This document shows positions 26,344 to 35,900 of a DNA stretch of 64,000 nucleotides, one piece after another. Location of the stretch: positions 6,076,001-6,140,000 of the forward strand of contig NC_043026.1 of the NCBI RefSeq assembly GCF_006345805.1. Reading direction: 5' to 3'. Both the position numbers and the translations under genes were made by a program. The notes under the pieces were generated by a model. That model made no database searches, was not told where the DNA came from, and was given only the letters and a program-made list of their open reading frames with translations. The DNA is from Octopus sinensis (taxonomy: Eukaryota). The stretch's first letter is position 1. Each line of letters opens with the position of its first letter.

Positions 26344-29300
26344 ATGGGCTTCTTTCAGTTTCAGCCTACCAAATCCACTCTCAAGGCTTTGGTCAACCCA
26401 AGGCTATTGAAGAAGACACTTGCCCAAGGTGTCAAGCAGTGGGACTGAACCCAGAACCATGTGGTTGGGAAGCAAGATTCTTACCACACAGCCACTCCTG
26501 TATGTCTGTATGTGTGTGTGTATATATGTATATATACATATGTATGTATGATATGTATGTATGTATGTATGTATGTATGATATGTATGTATGTATGTATG
26601 TATGTATATATATGTATGTATATATGGATGTATATATGTATGTATGCATGTGTGTGTATGTGTATATGTATATATGTTTGTATGTATGTAAGTATATATG
26701 TGTGAATGTATGTATGTATGCATATATGTATGTATGTATGAATGTATGTATGTATGAAAGTATGTGTGAATGTATGAAAGTATGTATGTATGTATGTATG
26801 TATGTATGTATGTATGTATGTATGTATGTATGTATGTGTGAATGTATGTATGTATGTATGTATGTATGTATGTCATTGTATGTATGTATGTATGCATGTA
26901 TGTGTATGTGTATGTGTATATGTATGTACGTACGTACGTATGTATGTCATTGTATGTATATGTGTATGTATGGCCATCAAATGGTTTGATCCTGTATCAG
27001 AGATGAATTGCATTTCTCTTTTCTATTGTGAGGCAGCCAAGAAATCGGATGAAGAGATCAAGAGAAGTGATGAGGGAGGCTTCAAGAGCCATCATCTCGC
27101 TAAGGACAAGAAAGTTCTCACTTCGGTCAACACAAACTTCTACGTCGGAACAGAGGTGACGGTTTTGTTGCATCCTTCCATGTTTATCTTTTATCTTTCC
27201 TTTCGTCTCCTCTCATGCCTCCCCGTCACTTGTGATTAACAGGGACTCAGTCGACTACGACGATGAGGGTTCCGGTTGATCCGATCCATGGAACATCCTG
27301 CTTGTGTCATTAACATGCAAGTGGCCGAGTACTCCACAGACACATGAACCCATAACATAGTTCTCAAGGCATTCCATTGGTTATGATGATGAAAATTCCA
27401 GTTGATCCGATCAATGGAGCATCCTGCTAGTGTAATTAACATGCAAGTGGCTGAGTACCCCACAGACACACGTATCATTATCATAATTCTCAAGGCTTTC
27501 CATTGGTTATGATGATGAAAATTCCAGTTGATCCGATCAATGGAACATCCTGCTCGTGAAATTAACGTGCAAGTGGCTGAGTACTCCACAGACATGCGTA
27601 CCCATAACATAGTTCTCAAGGCATTCCATTGGTTATGATGATGGGTGTTCCAGTTGATCCGACCAATGGAACAGCCAGCTCATGAAATTTAAGTGCAAGT
27701 GGCTGAGTACTCCACAGACATGCGTACCCTTAACATAGTTCTCAAGACATTCCATTGGTTATGATGATGAAAATTCCAGTTGATCCGACCAATGGAACAG
27801 CCTGCTCGTGAAATTTAAGTGCAAGTGGCTGAGTAAACCACAGACACACATAGTCTTAACATAGCTCTTAGGGAGATCCAGCGTAACACAGAATGTGACA
27901 AGGCTGGTCCCCCATGAATTACAGGTACTTTTCATTTTTGCCAGCTGATTGGACTGAAGCAATGTGGAATAAAGTGTCTTGCTCAAGGACACGTCATGCA
28001 TCACCAGGAATTGAACCCACAGCCTTATGACTTTGAGGTGGGAACCCAATCACCAAACCACATGGCTTCATGAAAGCTACAATAAGGTCACACCTCCACC
28101 CCTTTCTCAACCACCCTTCTTTTGCAACATCCTCACCACACCCCAAGGAATATGCACCCCATGACACATGACACCCACACACTTCCCCTGTACTCAATCC
28201 TTGTACACAGATACCCTCCTATACATGAACTCACCATCTCACCCCTTCCTCTCTTCCAAACTCCTCCCCATAAAACCAGATTCCCACCATCTATATTTAA
28301 GAGATGAGGAATTATCTACATTATTTACATTATTTACATTATTTACACTTGATGGATATTTGTCCTCATCTTGTTTGTTGTTAACACAACGTTTCGGCTG
28401 ATAAACCCTCCAGCCTTCATCAGGTGTCTTGGGGAAATAATCATCATCATCATCATCGTTTAACGTCCGTTCTCCATGCTAGCATGAGTTGGACGGTTCG
28501 ACCGGGGATCTGGGAAGCCAGGAGGCTGCACCAGGCTCCAGTCTGATCTGGCAGAGTTTCTACAGCTGGATGCCCTTCCTAACGCCAACCACTCCGTGAG
28601 TGTAGTGGGTGCTTTTTACGTGCCACCTGCACAGGTGCCAGGCGAGGCTGGCAACGGCCAGTCAGATTGGTGCATTTTACGTGCCACCGGCACGGAAGAT
28701 AACATTGAAAACTACCTTAGGAATGAGAACCCAGGTTTGAAATTTCCCCAAGACACCTGATGAAGGCTGGAGGGTATAACAGCTGAAACATTGTGTTAAC
28801 AACAAACAAGATGAGGACAAATATCCGTCAAATGTAAATAGTGTAAATAATTCCTCATCTCTTAATTATAGAACTGAAGAAATTAATTGCAAATTAATTT
28901 TGAAATGCTTCATGTCTTTTAGTTTGGAGAATTATTCTACCTGGATTGGGTTCCACGAAGAGACACCGATTCCGGAAGGCTGCAGAGTGAGTAGAATTTG
29001 GTCATTTGGTTTTTGGTTTTTTTTCTTTTTTTTTGTGTGTCTGGGTGGTTAAGAAGTTTGCTTGGTAATTAAGTGGTTCCAGGTTCAGTCCCACTGTGTG
29101 GCACCTTGAGAAATTGTCTTTTACTATGGACCCGTGGCCAAACAGTGGTTCACGAGTGGATTTGGCTAACAGGAACTGCATGGAAGCCTATTACCTATGT
29201 GTACTTATTATTCCATCGGTCTCTTTTGCCAAACCGCTAAGTTACGGAAACATAAACACACTATCATCAGTTGCAAGCGATGATGGGAGGACAAACACAG

Positions 29301-32300
29301 ACACACAAACATACATACACATACATACATATATATATACAACAGGCTTCTTTCAGTTTCCGTCTACCAAATCCACTCAGATGATTTGGTAGACAGAAAC
29401 CGAAAGAAGCTTGTCATGTGTGTGTGTGTGTGCACGTCTTTGTGTCTTGTGTTTGTCCCCCACCTTTGCTCGACTAAAGGTGTGTAGATTGAAGGAAATT
29501 TAGGCTATTATTTCTAGCAAATAGTGTGACCACATTGAGGTCTCCTTCTCTCATGTCTTCTGCTGATTATTTTTCTTCTTAACCCTTTCGTTACCATATT
29601 TCTGTTGAGATGCTCTGTGTTTCTTTCAATTAATCTTAAATATAACAAAGAATTTATTAGTGTTAGGAACATAAATTGTGACTAAAGTTTGGTGGAAGAT
29701 TTTAATTCAGAACTTTTGAAAACAAGACATTTGTACAACAGAGCCAGAGGTGGTTTCGGCCGGGTTGGTATCGAAAGAGTTAAACACACTTCTACATTTG
29801 GGCAGATGCACATTACAAGCAGTTGGAAGGGTGTGGATTGAAGGAAATTTAGGCTATTATTTCTAGCATATACAGCGACCACATTGAGGTCTCTTTCTCT
29901 CATGTCTTCTGCTGATTATTTTTCTTTTTAACCCTTTTGTTACCATATTTCTGTTGAGTTGTTCTGTGTTTCTTTCAATTTATTTTAAATATAACAAAGA
30001 ATTTAGTAAAATAACTTCGTTATCGTTAAGCTAGTGTTAGGAACATAAATTGTGACTAAGGTTTGGTGGAAGATTTTTATTCAAAACTTATGAAAACAAG
30101 ACATTTGTACTACATTGGTTTCCACTGGGTTGGTAGCGAAAGGGTTAAAGTCTACACAGAAGAGTTGATAAGAAAGTTATTTAAATGGTTTCGTTTCAGC
30201 TGAGAAACCCAAATTCTGCAGTGAAATGCACACTGGACCAGTTTGTGCTCTGAAGAGGTCATACTTCAACAAACAAATCGTCCTCATGGTTGGAGGCTGG
30301 AGATCATCGTTATGGAAAGAAGGGGTTCATGTAAGTAGGGTCCAAGACAAATTTCACCACAACCACCACCACAACCACCACCACAAGCATCACCACTGCC
30401 GCTACTACCACCATCACCTCCACCCCCACCACTACCACAACCACCGCCACCATCACCTCCACCACAACCACCACCACAAGCATCACCACTGCCGCTACTA
30501 CCACCATCACCTCGACCTCCACCACAACCACAACCACCGCCACCATCACCTCCACCACAAGCATCACCACTGCCGCTACTACCACCATCACCTCCACCCC
30601 CACCACTACCACAACCACCGCCGCCATCACCTCCACCACAACCACCACCACCATCACCTCCACCATCACCTCCACCACAACCACAACCACAAGCATCACC
30701 ACTGCTGCTACTACCACCATCACCTCCACCCCCACCACTACCACAACCACCGCCACCATCACCTCCACCACAAGCATCAACACTGCCACTACTACCACCA
30801 TCACCTCCACCTCCACCGCAACCACAACCACTGCCACCATCACCTCCACCACAAGCATCACCACTGCCGCTACTACCACCATCACCTCCACCTCCACCAC
30901 AACCACCGCCACCATCACCTCCACCACAAGCATCAACAGTGCCGCTACTACCACCATCACCTCTACCTCCACCACAACCACTGCCACCATCACCTCCACC
31001 ACAAGCATCACCACTGCCGCTACTACCACCATCACCTCCACCTCCACCACAACCACTGCCACCATCACCTCCACCACAAGCATCACCACTGCCGCTACTA
31101 CCACCATCACCTCTACCTCCACCACAACCACAACCACTGCCACCATCACCTCCACCACAAGCATCACCACTGCCGCTACTACCACCATCACCTCTACCTC
31201 CACCACAACCACAACCACTGCCACCATCACCTCCACCACAAGCATCAACACTGCCACTACTACCACCATCACCTCCACCTCCACCGCAACCACAACCACT
31301 GCCACCATCACCTCCACCACAAGCATCAACACTGCCACTACTACCACCATCACCTCCACCCCCACCACTACCACAACCACTGCCACCATCACCTCCATCA
31401 TTTCTTACCAGTCGCTTCCTACTTGTCTTTTTTAAATGTCCCCATTAATTCACTTTCCCCCTTTTTTCTATTTCACTCACTCTCTAGCTCGGTCCCCTCT
31501 ACATGACCCCTTCAATGCCCACCAACGTCATCGATGGCTGCTGGTCCTTAACTCGAGCCGGTGTCTTCTTCGTAGCTCGGATAGACGGTACCATAGATGT
31601 TTGGGACCTGCTCGACAGAACCCACGAACCATTCCTCTCTCAGAATGTTACACCTTTCGCTGTCTACAGTATTTCTCTCTATGAATTCTCAGGTAAGTTG
31701 CCCTCGTTATCGTTTTGGCCAAGATCTTCCCTGATCGTTTTCATTCTCTTCTTTTATTCGTTTCAGTCATTTGACTGGGACAGCGTTTCTCAACCAGGAA
31801 ATTCTGGAAATTTTCTTTGTAGAATTATTATCAGCGCAGGAGTGGCTGTGTGGTAAGTAGCTTGTTTACCAACCACATGGTTCTGGGTTCAGTCCCACTG
31901 CGTGGCACCTTTGGCAAGTGTCTTCTACTATAGCCCCGGGCCGACCAATGCCTTGTGAGTGGATTTGGTAGACGGAAACTGAAAGAAGCCCATCCTATAT
32001 ATGTATATATATATATGCATGTGTGTGTTTGTGTGTCTGTGTTTGTCCCCCCTAGCATTGCTCGACAACCGATGCTGGTGCGTTTACATCCCCGTTACTT
32101 AGCAGTTCGGCAAAAGAATCCGATAGAATAAGTACTGGGGTTACAAAAGAATAAGTCCTGGGGTCGAGTTGCTCGATTAAAGGCGGTGCTCCAGCATGGC
32201 CGCAGTCAAATGACTGAAACAAGTAATAGAGTAAAAAGAGTAAAAGAGAGCTTGCTTGTCCTTCCATACAAGATTGTCCCTTGTGGCGAGCTGGCAGAAC

Positions 32301-32948
32301 CGTTAGCAGGTCGGGCGAAATGCTTAGTGGTATTTCGTCTGCCGTTACGTTCTGAGTTCAAGTTCCGCCAAGGTCGACTTTGCCTTTCATCCTTTCGGGG
32401 TCGATTAAATAAGTACCAGTTACGCATTGGGGTCGATGTAATCGACTTAATCCCCTTTGGCTGTCCTTGTTCGTCCCATCTGTGTTTAGCCCCTTGTGGG
32501 TAGTAAAGAAATAAGAAAATGTGCCTCAATAAACTTCTCCCAAGGCATGGAAGCATGGGAAAGAGAATATTAACACAATGACGATGACGATGACGGCGAC
32601 GATGATGACGACGACGATGATAATGACGATGATGATGATGACGACGATGACGACGATGATGATGATAACGACGACGACGGCGATGATAATGATGATGATG
32701 ACAATGACGATGATGACGATGATGATGATGACGACAACGACGACGACAATGACGATGATGATGACGATGATGACGATGATGATGATGATGATGACGATGA
32801 TGATGATGATGATGATGATGAAGATGATGATGGTGATGATGACAATGATGATGATGACGATGATGATGACGATGACGATGACGATGACGATGATGATGAC
32901 GATGACGATGATGATGATGATGATGACGATGATGACGATAATGATGAC

Positions 32949-32983
<35 letters not shown>

Positions 32984-35900
32984 CGATGACGATGATGATG
33001 ATGATGATGACGGTGACGATGACGATGACGATGACGATGATGATGATGATGATGATGACAACGATGATGATGTTAGGATTTTAAGATTTAAGCGAGATTT
33101 GGCTGCTATTTGTAGCATGTCAAACAACCACATAGAGACTTTCTTGTTTATGTTGTTTTTTTTTGTTTTATATTTTTCAGCGAAACGCCAACTGCTGGCT
33201 GTGGGCGACACCTCGGGGACTTTGCATGTCTTGGAAGTGCCGCGCTGTTTTATGGTTGGTCCACACAACGAGGTGAGTCGCATGACAGTGTCGTCTCCAA
33301 CTTGTCCGTCTAACCCTCTGCCATTCCGATTCCTCTATCAAACCCAATGCTTCTTTGTCCACAGAGTTTGCAATTAATCATGAAATCAAAATCGATCAAC
33401 ATGAATGGAAATTGTAGCTGTGATACCAGTGCCGGTGGCACATAAGGGAACCATCCGAACGTGGCCGTTGCCAGCGCCGCCCCGACTGGCTTCTGTGCTG
33501 GTGGCACGTAAAAAGCACCATCCGATCATGGCTGTTGCCAGCCTCGCAAGCACCATCTGACCGTGGCTATTTGCCAGCCTGGCCTGGCCTCTGTGCCGGT
33601 GGCACATAAAAAGCACCATCCGATCGTGGCCGTTTGCCAGCCTCGCCTGGCCATTTGCCAGCCTGGCCTGGCCTCTGTGCCGGTGGCACGTAAAAAGCAC
33701 CATCCGATCGTGGCCGTTTGCCAGCCTCGCCTAGCCTCTGTGCCGGTGGCACGTAAAAAGCACCATCCGATCGTGGCCGTTTTCCAGCCTCGCCTGGTCT
33801 CCGTGCTGGTGGCACGTAAAAAGCACCATCCGAATGTGGCCGTTGTCAGCCCTGCCCCGACTGGCTTCCGTGCTGGTGGCACGTAAAAAGCACCATCCGT
33901 TCATGGCTGTTTGCCAGCCTCATCTGGCACCTGTGCCGGTGGCACGTAAAAAGCACCCACTACACTCATGTAGTGGTTGGCGTTAGGAAGGGCATCCAGC
34001 CGTAGAAACATTGCCAGATCAGACTGGGCCTGGTGCAGCTTTCTGGCTTCCCAGACCCCAGTTGCACCGTCCAACCCATGCTAGCATGGAAAATGGACGC
34101 TAAACGATGATGATGATGATGATTATCTCATGGCTTTGAAATTTCAATGATCTGACTGTTTATTTTTAGAATGACATTGTAGGGTAAATGTGAAAGGTCA
34201 GATATGGTCAGTATGAACATAAAACCAGGTAGGATATTTGGGCCTGGAAAAGGCTGGTTTTTATGCTAAATGGTGAAAGAGAGCAGAGAGGTTTTTTGAG
34301 GAAAGATTTGGCTGTTATAGAAGCTCCCTCATTTGTTCACGTGGTCCCTATTTTAACCCTTTAGCATTCAGATGACCCTGCCAGGTGTAATGCTTATTTA
34401 TTGACATTGTTTTCAATTAATCCACACCCAATGCCACACCCAGTTCCCCACCTAGTGTCACACCCAATACCACACCCAATGCAACACCCAATGTCACACT
34501 CAATGTCACACCCAGTCCCACACCCAGTGCCACACCCAGTTCCACACCCAGTGCCACACCCAATACCACACCCAATGCGACACCCAATGTGACACCCAAT
34601 GTCACACTCAATGCCACACCTAGTTCCACACCCAATTCTGCACTCAACTCCACACCCAATGCCACACCCAATGCCACACTCAATGCCATGCCCAAGTCCA
34701 TACCCAGTGTCACACTCAATGTCACATCCAATGCCACACCCAATACCACACCCAGTTCCACACCCAGTGCGCCACCCAATGCCACCAAATTTCAAGCAGG
34801 AGCTATAACAAAAGTTTTTCCCTTAAGATTTCTAATTGAATTAACGAGTGAGTTTAATACTTTAGAGGAATTTACCATTTCCGATAGCTGTGCAGTGTCC
34901 GTTCCAGCAGACTCGGAATACCTGTCCCTGGTAGATATTATTAGTGACTGACTCACCGTAACACCTTTGCTTGTTTTTTTCCAGCTGAATACCTTTAATC
35001 ATTACATTGAGCGAGAGGTGAAGAGGCTGGCTTACATCAACGAAAGATGGAACGTTCACGAGAATGAAAGGTATCGAAAAAAACCTACCAGGAAACCTAC
35101 TGTAAGTGTGTTTCATGTATTTTATTTAAATTTCCTCCATTCAATTAACCCCTTACCCAACAATTATTTTGAAAATAAATGTATTTTTTCAGACATATTT
35201 TTTAATTGTTTTATTTTACTATGTTTTGAATGGTGATTTCGAGGTATATTTCAAACCTTATTTATTATGAATTTTAATTCAATAATATTGATTTTAAAAT
35301 ACCACTTTGGGCAGAAACGAGTTAACCCGTTTTTTTCATAAATTATATTACTTTTACAAAAAATCATCAGATGTATCCAACCCTCCAAGAGAAGCTTCAT
35401 AATCGCTATCATCATCAGAGCTCGACATGGTGGGGTTATAATATAAAGGTATAAAAAAAACAACGTAAAAACAAAGTGAATACTTCTATTCATAAAATGT
35501 GCCTTCCAACCCTTCGACTGTCTCCAGGTGACTAAATCATACTCGGTCTTCAATGCCTTACTCAAGCGAAAGGTGGCAGAAATCGTCACTGCCAGACGTA
35601 TAAAGTGAGCGAATATACTCGTATATGTCAAAAAAGAGTTTATAATAGACAAAGGAACTCGTTTGCTGTCGATTTTGGCGAGTCTATCTTTTGACGAGTT
35701 AACTCGCCAGAGATAGAAAAACACGATTTCGGTCAAAACGCATATATTCGTTTCTGCCGGGTAAGGGGTTAAACAATTAACGACCAAATTTTTTCCCATT
35801 CTCTCAAAAGGTTACCTGTTCAGGTGACGTAAACCAGTGCTTCTCAAACTACCTGGTGGGGGCGTAACAGCAGTTTTTTTTTTCCCCCCAACGTGCCAGG

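Noticed and set aside
35251-35799. 182-aa minus-strand ORF as a piggyBac transposase
   Set aside because: No recognisable DDD motif; it runs across the element boundary; the element is too short to be autonomous.
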